A DNA stretch of 64,000 nucleotides. Origin: Octopus bimaculoides. Its lineage: Eukaryota. A model generated the notes under the pieces. That model was not told the DNA's origin and did not search any database. It saw only the letters and a program-made list of their open reading frames with translations. Made by a program: the position numbers and the translations under genes. The stretch is from NCBI RefSeq assembly GCF_001194135.2, contig NC_068984.1:11738266-11802265 (forward strand). Reading direction: 5' to 3'. Shown here piece after piece: positions 1 through 12,320 of the stretch; within the stretch, counting starts at the first letter, position 1, and every line of letters starts with the position of its first letter.

Positions 1-2034
1 GCAGAAAGACCAGACGTGAGTGCTTAAGAGAGGGTAACAAGAGTGTATGTGTAGAGAAAATTCAATAGTTTAAGACATATACATTAGCTCAGGTGAGGGG
101 GATAAGTTTTGCAGAAAAAGAAATTCTCCATTTTTTACTTTTGCAAGCTTCAGTTGGAATTAGGAAAATTCTTGAGAGAAATGAATAAGTCTTTTGTCAA
201 TGTAATTAACTTATGAGTAAAGATTTCTGCCTTTGGCTTAATTCCATATGTTTTGGGTGAAAAGAAACAGTGATTTAATTAATCTAAGTACTTTTTACTG
301 ACACTAGAGAGATTTAAAGGCAAATTCAACTCCACAGGGATTTGAACTCACTATATGAAAGTATGTAGCACAATGCATTTAGCCAAGTATTCAACCAATT
401 CTGGCATTCCACTACCCTCATTACAGACAAGTGACTTTAGGGGACGGGGTTAGTTGATGCAACTGACCCCAGCGTTTGACTGTTACTTCATTTTCTTATT
501 TGAACCTGAAAGGATGGAAGGCCAGGTTGACCTTGACAGAATTTGAACTCAGAATGTAAAGATTAAATGCTTTGCAGCATTTGTTCAGACATGTTAATAA
601 TTCCGTCCATCTGCCACTCTCCTCCTACTACTACAAGTAGTAGTAGTAGTAGTAGTAGTAGTAACAGTAGTAGTAGTTTCTAGTATGAGCACAAGTTTTG
701 AGAGGAGAGAGTTAGTCAATACCACTGACCCCCAGTTCTAACTGGTACTTGATCTGACCAATCTCATCAGGATTGACCTCAACAGAATTTGAAATCAGAA
801 TGTAAAGAGTTGAAAGAAACACCGTAAAGCACTTTCTCTGATGCTTTGAGGATTCTGCCAGCTCAATTTTGCCTTTATTAGCCACAAGGGCTCAAAAAAG
901 ATACAATTAAATGCAAACATTAAACAGGGAGCTTAGAAAGATATGTGAGGGTAGAACACGTTTTAAAAAGATGAGGGGAGGCGAGAAAGATATTGTGTGT
1001 TATATAATGGGAATAGTTAAAAATTTGGAAGGAAAACACATGATTACACAAAATAAATATTCAAAAAGTATAATAAAACACACAATAATTAAAAGATTAA
1101 GTGGTTAAGTATTTTGCTTCCCAACCACATGGTTTCAGGTTCAGTCCCACTGAGTGGCACCTTGAGCAAATCATCATCCTCATCATCATTTAATGTCCAT
1201 TGTCCATGCTGGCATGGGTTGGATGGTTTGACCACGCTGGCATGCTAGAAGGCTGCACCAGACTCCAATCTGGCATAGTTTTCTATGGTTGGATGCCCTT
1301 CCTAATGCCAACCACTCCGAGAGTGTAACGGATGCTTTTACTTGCCACCAGCACAAGTGCCATTTGCATGACATTGGGATGCTTTTATGTGCCACCGGCA
1401 CGGGTGCCAATTTGCATGACACCGGTATCTGCCACCACTGCAATTTTGCTCAGGTAGATGGATCTTCTCAAGCACGACATAATGCCAAAGGTCTTGGTCA
1501 TTGCCTCCATGAGGCCCAACACTCAAAAGGAACTCAGCCACTTTGCCTCCGTGAGGCACAACATACATATGTATTCTACTAAAGCCATGGAACGACCAAT
1601 GCCTTATGAGTGGATTTGGTAGATAGCAACTGAAGAGAACCATTGTGTATGTGTGCGTGAGCATGAGTGTGTGTGTGTGTGTGTGTGTGATGATATGTGT
1701 GTGTATGTGTAAGAGTAAGGGTGTGTATATATATATTTGTATCTCTTTGTTGTGACATCACATGATAGTTGTTCATGATTGTTACTGTCAGTGAATCATA
1801 CAACTATCACATGATGTGAAGAGAAAGACATAAATACACATTCAAAACACACACACACAATGGGCTTCTTTCAGTTTCTGTCCACCAAATCTATTCGCAA
1901 AGCCACAGGGCTTTGATTTGGTCAGCCTGGGGCTATAAGAGACTACATTTGCCCAAGGTGTCATGCAGTGGGACTGAATCTGAAGCCTTTGTGGTTGGGA
2001 AGGAAGCTTCTTAACCACACAGCCACGTCTGCAC

Positions 2035-2035
<1 letters not shown>

Positions 2036-2080
<45 letters not shown>

Positions 2081-2187
2081 GTGTATGTGTGTGTGTGTAT
2101 ATGTATATATATATGTGTGTATGTATGTATATATATGTGTGTGTGTGTATGTGTGTGTGTGTGTATGTTTGTGTGTATATATATATA

Positions 2188-2231
<44 letters not shown>
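2036..2231. repeat. Compound (AT)n/(GT)n microsatellite
   Basis: Directly visible. It produces the spurious CV/YI/HT ORFs. Confidence 0.97.
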
Positions 2232-2236
<5 letters not shown>

Positions 2237-3191
2237 GGATGACACGATATAGATTTAGATGGCTGGTTCTCAGCCATTCTTTTACCTATGGTTCATATTT
2301 ACTCTTTTACTCTTTGGTTCATATTTTACTTGGGTGGACCTTCACAGACATTTGTTGTTCTTAAAAATATCCCATTACATTTTTATAATTAAAACTAAAA
2401 CGTTAATAATAATATTTATAAAACTGCAACACACTTAGATTGATTTGTTAATAATAACAGAACTTGATAGCTCTAAATCCTCAAGATAATCTCAACAGAG
2501 AAATCAAAGTTATACACACACATATTTGTGATATGTGTTAATGAGCTCTTCAGAATGAATTAGTTATAAATTCAAAAATACATATATCATTTCATCCTGC
2601 CATATACAGTAATTGTCAATGACAAAATAGCATAGGCAATTATAAATTTGAAAATTAAGCTTCTTAATTAATTTAGAGACTTACTATTCTTTCAAGCTGT
2701 ACTTTACTATGTCAAATCACAATAAGGTTGCTTCTATAACCATTTACCCTCAGTGGAGGGATCTTCTGAAGGTTGCTAACAGTAAATGATAAAAAGTGAC
2801 TTTAGGCATATTTCAGGAGATATATAGGCACAGGTATGACTGTGTGGTGAAGAAGTTTGCATCCCAACCACATGGCTTTGGGTTCAGTTCCCCTGCACAA
2901 GTATTTTTATTATAGTCCTGGGCAGACCAAAGATTTGTGAATGGATCTGGTATATAGAAACTGAAAGAAGCTCGTGTGTGTGTGTGTGTGTTCTTGTCAT
3001 GACATATGCAATGGTTGTAAATGATTATTATTAATTTCCAATATTCTGCAAAAATATGTCTGGCCAGGTGCAGATGTCACCTTGCTTGGAAACAGTCGAG
3101 TGTTGGCAACAGGGAGGGCAACTGGCAGTAGAAAAATCTGCCTCGATAAACTCCTTCAGACCCATGCAAGTAAGGAAAAATAGACGTTTGA

Positions 3192-3300
3192 ATGATGATG
3201 ATGATGATGATGATGACGCCAATGATGATGGCTATGATGATGATGATGATGATGATGACGCCAATGATGATGGCTATGATGATGATGATGATGATGATGG
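3192..3300 (+). repeat. (GAT)n retroposon tail with a duplicated 39-bp interrupted unit
   Basis: gacgccaatgatgatggctat occurs twice within the GAT runs. Confidence 0.9.
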
Positions 3301-4871
3301 TAGAGAGACTTCATTTTGAAATGTTTATGGTTTTCTAAATTTTTATGAATCATTTGGATTAAATATGAGTCTTGCAAAGAGTAGCAACAGCTTTGTGTCA
3401 CATTTCAATTAGCACTCTGTAACCTGTGTTTACAACAGACAAACTTTATGTATTTCGTTTCATCCTACTTTTAAGCTATCAAATGTTAAATACAAATATA
3501 ATCAAACTAAAAGTGAGTAAAGAGGAGGTAGGCCTAAAAATTTAGCTCTAATAAATTATTTCTAGACATAACAGAATGGCTCCCATTTCATCTGAAGTCA
3601 AGACAGAGCTGGGTTGCTGGATAATTACTTCTGCTAAAGAGTGAAAAAGAGTGGATCATTTAATCTGAAGGAAACAAGAAAAACTAGCAGAAGCAACTAT
3701 TATCAGAGTAATATTTTCTTCTTTGAAATTGGTAAGCCATTAGTGATTGTTGAAAATTTTTCTCAACTACATAAGTTGTTTATATCATATGAAGATACTG
3801 TTTATATTATATTAATATCTTTACTTCCTAGGTCTCTTGGATGAAAGCCTTACTGTTTTGGCCATGCTGGAGTATCTTTAACAAACATTTTCTTAGGAGA
3901 GCAAAAAAATTGATTCAAAAGAAATTTTATAATCTAAATGTTTTTTTTCACCTTTCTTCAGTAATTTGTGAGTTTTTGAACTTCACTTTCATTTTTCTGT
4001 AAAATGTATGATCAAATTTAGTCTCAGGGTCTTAGTTTACAATTAATAGCCACATTATACATTTTTTATTTCTATTTTCACACCTAAATTTACGATTTTA
4101 CCTTATATTTTGACTTGTTATTTATAATCAAAACTAAGATGAAGAAAATCTAGTAAATGTCATTATCTAAATATGTTAGCAATAAAGATTTAATTCCTGT
4201 ATCTAGCTTCTGGAAAACTTCTTGTAATAAAACACATACACAAATCCTACATCGTCATTTAACATTCACTTTTCTGAGCTTCGATGGGTCAGATATAATT
4301 TGTTAAGGCAGATTTTCTATGGCCAGATGCCCTTCCTGCCATTAACCTTCACCTACTCCCAACAAAAGTGAAACTTACTGTAGCCAGACATGTTTTTCAA
4401 AGAAAAGTGGAAGTGAACAGCATCACCTGTCTGATGGTGATGCTTGTTTACAACAATTATGGTGTCAAAACAAGGTTACACATAAACATACACACATTTC
4501 TACCTACCTACCTACCTATCTATCTATATTATACTAAAGTTTGTTTTCTTGCCATTTGATTAAGATGATAAAGATTACAAATAAAATAGTCATTTTTCCC
4601 CATTTGAGAAAAAAAAAATCAAGTTGAAAATGTCAACACTTCAAGGAATCATCGAAGCTACTGTCATCCATCCTTTTTTCTTACCTTCTTTTTTCTTCCC
4701 TTTAATCATTTATACAACTTTTGGAGTACTGTGGACTTGAAAGATAGAAATTCTCCCAATATTTTTATGAGATATTTTTGAATTACAGGTACTTGATTAC
4801 TATTTCATTCAAAATAGAATATTGATCTTTATCATCTTAATCAAATGGCAGAAACAAAGAGACTATCTCTT

Positions 4872-5197
4872 TATAGATGAAGATCAGTTACATTGGGAGG
4901 AGTTGAATTTCATAAGAATGGAAAAACAAACAACAAATGGTTTGTACCTTATAATGAAACTCTTTTAAGAGCATTCAAATGCCACTGCAACGTTGAAATT
5001 GTTGCCTCAGGTCAATTAAGTATATCATCAAGTACATGCTGAAAGAAAATGACCAAGCTGCTGTTCAAATAAACAATGATAACGAAATTAGTCAAAATCT
5101 AATGTGTAGATAAATTGGACTATCTGAAGCAGTTGCATTCGTTTTAGGATTTTCAATTCATGAAAGAGCACCTGCAATAGTGAGACTACAAGTCTGC
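4872..5197 (+). mobile_element. Decayed Helitron Rep/helicase fragment
   Basis: Conceptual translation YR*RS..GG..F.KNGK..NKWFVPYNETLLRAFKCHCNVEIVAS /frameshift/ IKYIIKYMLKEND...NEI...CR*IGLSEA...GFSIHERAPAIVRLQV. It matches the Helitron motifs NRWVVPYN..L....HINVE, KYLFKY, and EA.WR..F.IHER.PAV.RL. Contains stops and a frameshift. Confidence 0.85.
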
Positions 5198-5824
5198 ATG
5201 GCCAGATTAAATGCTAAAGGGTTAAGACTGTTCCAGCTGAAACCTTCATGGGGAAAACTTGTGGAACCAGAAGAGGCATAACTTGGAAAAGTAGACAAAC
5301 TCCCCCAAGTGCAAAACAAGTGGATGAAGACTTCTGATCTCAAGAGCTAAAGTTATGGAAGAGAAAAATGCCAGACAGATGGGCTAAGAAGATTCTGGTC
5401 AAGCAATACCTGGACTGACAGCAGTCTGGTGCAGTCTTGTCACTTGATCATGCATGTCGCATTTTACATGTACTGCAGAGGACATCTTTGAGATCATGGA
5501 GCATGGGTCACTTCCTGGACAGTCAGGATCCACCCTAAATGTTACTAGCTTTTTTTCATTGATTTTTTCTCATTGAACCACACTGAAAAAAGAAAAGCTC
5601 GGAAACAAGGAGCAGCCAATGATGATCTGAGACATAGAAAGTTAGTATAAAGAAAGAGGTGAAACTGAAGAATAACTGCTGACCTTGTTGGAAGTGATGG
5701 CCATCTAATGGCATTAAATGAATATTTTATGCTTTTAAGATGGGACATCTTAAGAAATCTACAGCTCAGGAAACATTCAAATATGTTAAACATCATTAAT
5801 AGTTAGTTACAACAAAGTTGATAT

Positions 5825-6040
5825 TCTTTTCTCCTCTAGGCACAAAGCCCGAAATTTTGGAGGAGGGAGCCAGTCGATTAGATCGACCCCAGTAAACAAT
5901 TGGTACTTAGTTTATCAACCCCAAAAGGACGAAAGGCAAAGCCGACCTCAGCGGAATTCGAACTCAAAATGTAGTGACAGGCGAAATACCGCTAAGCATT
6001 TCGTCCAGTATGCTAACGACTCTGCCAGCTCACCGCCTTA
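5825..6040 (-). mobile_element. tRNA-derived SINE, family B (about 220 bp), with perfect target-site duplication
   Basis: Head gtaaggcggtgagctggcaga with B-box ttcgaattcc. Flanked by an identical 18-bp repeat ttacaacaaagttgatat at 5807-5824 and 6038-6055. Confidence 0.9.
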
Positions 6041-6420
6041 CAACAAAGTTGATATCGTCAAGTCAATGAGAGAACCATTACAGAGTTCCTTAACATGCTA
6101 CAAATAGCAGCCAAATTCCCCACAAATCATAACCTCTTGTCTTAAATAAAGGAAGCACACACAGGATAATGTAGTCTTCCATGCATAAAAAGGATGGATG
6201 GTCATAACTGGAATGTCATTGATCATATGTCTGCTTGATCATATCTGGAGGCGAAATAAACTAGTGTTGGTATTCTTAAACTTTATTCTTTTCATTATAC
6301 ATGACTATCTCGAAAATTCTGAGGAGGAAGCAAAACAGTCCTATGCTGGTTGGTTATTCAAAATATGGAGAAAAATAATAATGATGATGATGATGATCAC
6401 AGCAAGGTTCAGCAACTCAC

Positions 6421-6485
6421 CAACATTCTGTTCATCCATCGCCGAGCAACAATTGAATCCAGGCCACAGACCACAACATGAAATT
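6421..6485 (-). CDS. UBA3: UBA3 coding exon (Q)[21 protein letters not shown], 65 nt
   Basis: Matches human [21 protein letters not shown]. Acceptor TTACAG|, donor TTG|GTGAGT, phase 1 to 0. I found no further exon between 1 and 6420. Confidence 0.97.
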
Positions 6486-6513
6486 CTGTAAAGAAAATGT
6501 GTAATAAATAAAG

Positions 6514-6556
<43 letters not shown>

Positions 6557-7183
6557 GGAGAGAGAGAGATACATACATATTAGGTTGGAAGAATATACCT
6601 GTTACAGATCATATTGGTTTTATACATACTCACACATGCATACATATTTATACACAGAGACACAAACAAACAAACACACACACATACATATATATGTATG
6701 TATGTAAGTGCACATGCACAAGCAAGCATTCAACACACAGGCATACACAAAGAATTGGGGAAGGAGGGAAACATACAGAGAAAGGCTAAGGTTGCTTACT
6801 TAAGAAGAAACAAGTAGAAAAAAAAAGGAAATATAGAAGAGTGAGTGTGTTATCTGTTGAGAAAGAGAGAAAGAGAAAGAACAGCCATACGCAAAATTAG
6901 TTCTGGACCAATGCACAACTAATAACAAAGTTAGTAAAGGGATGATATTTGCTGGCAATGAGAGAAGGAGAAAGCGGTGGGGAGGGATGCGAGTGTGTTA
7001 GGAGAAATATTTAGGAATGAGCTGAGAGCTACTAAGAAAAAATAGGGTGAAGGAAGAAAAGGAAAGAGAAAGACAAAAAGATAGAGGGGAAGAGAGAGGG
7101 ATTAGATATATACATTTGTGTGTATATGTATGTGTGTATATGTATGTGTGTGTATATGTATGTGTGTGTATATATATATAAAT

Positions 7184-7346
<163 letters not shown>

Positions 7347-8189
7347 GATAGGTAGATAGATAGATAGATATAAACAGACAGATAGACAGATAGAAAAAAT
7401 GAAGTTGGGGCAATTCCAGCAATTTTGTAAATTTTAAAATTTATTGTTTGGAGTCTAAAAATATTAGAAAAAAATGAAATTTTTTTTCTCTAAATGAAAC
7501 CAAAGAAAATATATTCATGCAGAGAGATATGATAAAGAAAATTCTAATTTCTTTGAGCTTCCAAGTTAGAGAAAGAAATCAATTTCTAAAGCTGACTAAG
7601 ATAATAATCTTAATGAAAAACAAATTAATTAAACAATTTAATTATCTAATAATTAAGCTAAGTATTTCTTGCGAGCTACTTTCTTGCTGTTATACAATGA
7701 GCCTGCTAACAGAAAATGATCACAAAAATGCAAAGATTTCACCTCTACATAGAAATAAAACAATCCTAGCAAATGAGGAAGCCTCTATGCTCAGTCTGCT
7801 AGAAATAACAGCTAAATCTCTCCTAAATCACACCTTCTTGTTGAAAAAATGTAAAGACATATTGCAAAATGTAATCCTAGATATCCTAAGGAAAAGGTTG
7901 GGATGGTCACAGCTGGAATGCTTTTGATAATACACACACACACCCACATGTGTGCATGTGTGTGTGTGCTTAAAGAAGCCGAGTTTCGATAATTTTCTCT
8001 TCAACTCTATTTTTAGTGTTCTTGTTTCGCTTTTTGGTTTTTTATATTTCAAACTTTAATATTTTCATTCTTAAAAATATTTAAAAAAACAAAAAAAACA
8101 GAAAAAAACAATTAAGAAAGAAAATGTTTTTTTTGTAACAGTTTTAATAAAGCTAAACAATAAATTTAAAAAATAGTTAAACCATATAG

Positions 8190-8745
8190 GTAGCAGAGCG
8201 GCTGTATGGTAAGAAGTTTGCTTCTCAACCACATGGTTCTGGGTTCAGTCCCACTGCATGGCACTTTGGGCTGACCAAAGCCTTCTGACTGGATTTCATC
8301 ATCATCATCATTTAATATCTGTTGTCCATGCTCGCATGGGTTGGACAGTTTGACCAGGGCTGGTAAGCTGGAAGGCTGCACCAGACTCAGTCTGATTTGG
8401 CATGGTTTTCTACGGCTGGATGCCCTTCCTAACACTAACCACTCTGAGAGTGTAATGGGTGCTTTTACATGCCATCGGCACAGGTGCCATTTGCATGACA
8501 CCAGTTTCTGGTAGACAGAAATTGAAAGAAGCCCATCGTATATACATGTGTGTGTCTGTGCTTGTCCCCCGTCACCGCTTGACAACTGATGTTGGTGTGT
8601 TTATGTCCTTGTAACTTAGCAAAAGAGACCAATAAAACAAGCACCAGTCTTTAAAGATATAACTACAGGGGCTTGACTGAAATTCTGCAAAGTGGTGCCC
8701 CAGCATTGCCACAGCCTAATGACTGAAACAAGTAAAAAGTGAAAG
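8190..8745 (+). mobile_element. Family A SINE interrupted by an inverted LINE 3' UTR (about 8298-8505)
   Basis: The SINE head stops at ctggattt, the (cat)n LINE tail follows, and the SINE resumes at ttctggtagacagaaattgaaagaagccc. Confidence 0.75.
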
Positions 8746-9724
8746 ATATAACAGAAATTAACCCAGGTAATAATAATTTTCCTCGAGTATGCAAATAAAG
8801 AAATGCCAAGACAACGCATATTATTTTTAAAAAAGAAGTCTTTGATGAACTTTGCTATATTCAGGTTGGCAAGAATAAGTAATGAAAGTTGGCAAGAATT
8901 ACTAATGAAAGTTTAGAAATACATGGTGTGGCTATAAAGAACCAACCCTCCTTTTTTTTTTTTTTTTTTTGGAGTAAAGAGAAAATGCTGCCCATGAAAT
9001 TACCATTAAGAAGAGAGGGCTAGCTAATTATCTGCTATGTGTTTGCTCAGTTTTATTAGTTGCATCTTCCCAAACTGTGACTGACTGACACACACACACA
9101 CACACACACATTCCCTGACCAACAGAGAGACTTCTCACCACTCCCTAACACATGCCAGCAGTCTAGCAAGCTGAAGAACTTATTACAGACAGCTACAAAG
9201 AAAGAGGAACTAATAGAGGGGAGAGATCAGGGTAAGGATGGTGAAAAAGATATAGTGTGTTTATATTCTTTGCCTTCTCTTCTTTAGTTATTTACAAAGG
9301 AACTGTAACAAACGCACAAATACACACACGTGCATACATAAACATGCACGCACAAACAAATATACAAACATACATATGCATGCATGCATATATATACATG
9401 CAAACACACAAATTGCTTTTTAATAACATGAAATAGGTACAAACTTCAAGGGTTAAGTGAAAAGTTGATTGAAAACTATCTAGCATTTCAGAGAACATTC
9501 TGCTGCTTTCAGTGAATGCATTCCAACTAATTACACAACAGACTGAAGTAAAAGGAAAAAGAAGAGAAAAAAGAAAAGAAAAAAAAAGAGAAAAAAAGGT
9601 AAGAAGCTTCAAAGAAACAAGGCAAAAATCTTTAAATAGTACAACATATTAAATGTATTCTCAGTAAAAGAAGCGGGGGAAGAGGTGGGTGGGGATTAGC
9701 AATTTTCAATAAGCTTGTACTTAC

Positions 9725-9768
9725 GTTGATAGAATGAATCTGGAAAGTCTTGGATCTTTGCAAAATGA
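9725..9768 (-). CDS. UBA3: UBA3 coding exon (P)HFAKIQDFPDSFYQ(Q), 44 nt
   Basis: Matches human HFNKIQDFNDTFYRQ. Preceded by an AC acceptor and U12-type branch site, donor C|GTAAGT, phase 2 to 1. Confidence 0.96.
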
Positions 9769-9777
9769 GTAGCAATC

Positions 9778-9786
9778 ATTAAGGAA
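9778..9786 (-). promoter_or_regulatory. U12 branch-point sequence TTCCTTAAT
   Basis: Near-consensus TTCCTTAAC/T, ending 9 nt upstream of the exon, with no polypyrimidine tract before the AC acceptor. Confidence 0.88.
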
Positions 9787-10049
9787 AATATATGCTACCA
9801 ATGGATTATAATAAATGTTATCAACACATCAGATTATGAAGATAATGTTATAAAGAAAAAGATATCTGTTTTTCACTATTACAACTGTGTATGTAATACA
9901 TTATTACATTAGGGCTATCTTACAAGGAAAAAGAATTGTAACCAGTTCTAATAGAGCAGATATATATAAGCTGATCCTATTGAACTTGGATAAAGTTGCC
10001 TCAGGGATGATTTTAATGTAATGCTTTGCATATATTTTTTTTAAATACA

Positions 10050-10426
10050 TTAACTATTTTGATACCAGCCCACCCAAAACTACTTCTGGTTCTATGATAA
10101 AAACAAATCTAATCTAAATTAAAACCTTTCATTAAAATTTCATGTTAATTGTTCCAAATACCAGCTTAATAAAGACAAAGAAATTTTTTATAAACTCTTC
10201 AGTTTTTTCAAATTTCATTTAAATAAAAACAGTGTTATTTCAAAAGATAATAAAAGAGTAAAGGTAATACAAATAAAAAGAAATGGCCATCAAAATTTTA
10301 TCTTAATTTATGTTCCAAACCACTAACTCAATAACAAAGTAATTTTACCAAATTCTTCATTATTTTCAAATTTAATTAAAATGAAGGTAAAGTATTTCAA
10401 TGAAAATATGGTGACAAAAGAGGTAA
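10050..10426. mobile_element. Decayed piggyBac-type MITE with an internal partial duplication
   Basis: The block aaaatttcatgttaatt..gttccaaa.accagcttaat..gacaaag..tttt occurs twice. Confidence 0.5.
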
Positions 10427-11014
10427 GGTAGGCCAAGAAGCAGTACATGTGTAATTGAATACAGCTAGATAAATCAGTTATAATGCTTATACAGATTTAC
10501 CTTAATGTATTATTGAAAATACAACACACCATTTAGTGTGTAGCAATAATATCTGACAGAGTCCCAAAAAATGAACTCATTGCTAAGGAATCGGACCTGA
10601 ATCACTGTGTCTAAACATAAAGCCAGAAACAGGATACTGTTAGAGATTGATGACATCAGCAAAGAAGTGACCAATCAAATCTCTGGTAAAAACACTATAT
10701 CCAAATGCGAAGACAAGTAAGCAACATGATTACCATTCCCTCAATGATTGATGAAGTCAGCTAAGAACTGCTCATCATCATCATCACCATCATCATCATC
10801 AATAATTTAATCTTTTGGCACCTTTTCGTCACCTTTTCATCACTCTGACTACATATTCATTTTTTGTTTGTCACCAGAACAAAATATTTTTATCGTTATA
10901 ATTGGTGATCCTGTCAAGAATGTTACATGGCCTTTAGTCCAAGAAGAAACAAGCACTTCAGCTTAACTTTTCAACTTCCAAGATTAAAACTCGCAAGTCA
11001 CACACTCCAGCAAC

Positions 11015-11220
11015 CAGAACAATGCTATTGTAAAATGGACACCATCGGCGGGTCAAATAAAGAGAAGAAAACTGAAAAATTACATGGTGTAGAATGTTCA
11101 TAACCAACATGAAAGAGATCAATACCATATGACTGATTAGTAGAGAAAACTGCAACCAATAGAAACCAATGGCGTCAACTTACTGCTCAATGTGCTCAAG
11201 AGCACAAGAGGAGCTGATGC
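11015..11220 (+). mobile_element. RTE-clade LINE extreme C-terminal fragment inside the U12 intron
   Basis: NAIVKWTPSAGQ../KITWCRMF.../ETATNRNQWRQLTAQCAQEHKRS* resembles the RTE terminal motif W.P..G.R.RGRP..TW...A.DR..WR.L.AQC. Confidence 0.7.
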
Positions 11221-11762
11221 TGATACTAATATTTACTATTTACTTCTCTGCTATATATGCTGACATATAGCTGTGATAGTATAAGATGCACTAAAGGTTT
11301 TATAGATAGGCAGTTATCTTCCTTGCAAGACAACATTAACAGCATATGATAGGAAATGTGAGAGGATATAAATGGTGGTCTCCCAGATGCATGGGGGAGG
11401 AGAATCTGCTGTGAGGTTCCTTGTGCTACAGCAGAACTCAGACATCGATACATGATGTTCATTGTGGTGTCCCTTCTTCTATGGACAATATTACCCAGAT
11501 AACAGTCTAATTGGTCACTATTCATTGATGTGAATCTACTTCTACCAGCTACGAAGGCATTCGGATAGCCAACACTAAACTGTAGGCTGAGTACAGTTCC
11601 CATGCAATAAACATCATGTGGTAACTACCGAATAAGTAATCTAACCACATGAAACAGGAATCATGCATGAGTTTCCACTCAAAACACCATCATATATATC
11701 AGACTAGAAGAAATCACTTAAAATAGCCATGGTTAAAATTATTACCTAATTAAACACATTGA

Positions 11763-11946
11763 TTACTCTTTACTCTTTTAATTGTTTCAGTCATTTGACT
11801 GTGGCCATGCTGGAGCACCGCCTTTTAGTCGAGCTAATTGACCCCAGGACTTATTCTATCGGTCTCTTTAGCCGAACCGTTAAGTTACGGGGACGTAAAC
11901 ACACCAGCATCGGTTGTCAAGCGATGGTGAGGGGGGACAAACACAG

Positions 11947-12024
<78 letters not shown>

Positions 12025-12187
12025 GATGGGCTTCTTTCAGTTTCTGTCTACCAAATCCACTCACAAGGCTTTGGTCGGCCTGAGGTTATAGCAGAAGACA
12101 CTTGCCCAAGGTGCCACACAGTGGGACTGAACCCAGAACCATGTGGTCGGTAAGCAAGCTACTTACTACACAGCTACTCCTACACCT
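11763..12187 (-). mobile_element. tRNA-derived SINE, family A (about 420 bp, internal microsatellite), young full-length copy in the U12 intron
   Basis: Head ..gtgtagtaagtagcttgcttaccgaccacatggttctgggttcagtcccactg, internal (AT)n(GT)n, tail ..gcatggccacagtcaaatgactgaaacaa. Confidence 0.88.
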
Positions 12188-12239
12188 ATAATAACTTTAT
12201 TCTATTTTATAATAACTTTATTTTATAAACAAAAGATAT

Positions 12240-12320
12240 GGCTTCACTTTACAGTTGGTAATTCTGGTGTTGATGAATTCTGCGGCTACTTCTGCTTTTG
12301 ATTTGCCAACATCTTTAGGC
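12240..12320 (-). CDS. UBA3: UBA3 coding exon (R)[26 protein letters not shown](P), 81 nt
   Basis: Contains the [12 protein letters not shown]1 motif. Acceptor TTTCAG|G, followed by the non-canonical donor CC|ATATCTTT, phase 2 to 2. Confidence 0.97.

Larger units (their letters stand above)
9769..12239 (-). other. UBA3: U12-type (minor spliceosome) AT-AC intron of UBA3, 2471 nt
   Basis: The 5' end is ATATCTTTT and the 3' end is TTTTCCTTAATGATTGCTAC. These boundaries give an exact in-frame junction (CC|T = Pro) with no residue gained or lost. Confidence 0.93.

Noticed and set aside
1961-2364. ORFs rich in CV, YI, HT, DD, HH or DRQT repeats (also 3056-3401, 7102-7422, 11759-12153, 24869-25339 and others)
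   Set aside because: They are translations of microsatellites. Only the MESEW...EPSPE part of the 24869-25339 ORF is real coding sequence.
5960-6040. tRNA-like A/B boxes in SINE heads
   Set aside because: No complete cloverleaf or anticodon arm could be built. These are SINE promoters, not tRNA genes.
11226-11640. Possible box C/D snoRNA or 125-aa ORF in the U12 intron
   Set aside because: The C and D box-like words lack a terminal stem and suitable spacing, and the peptide has no recognisable motif. It is probably an old repeat.
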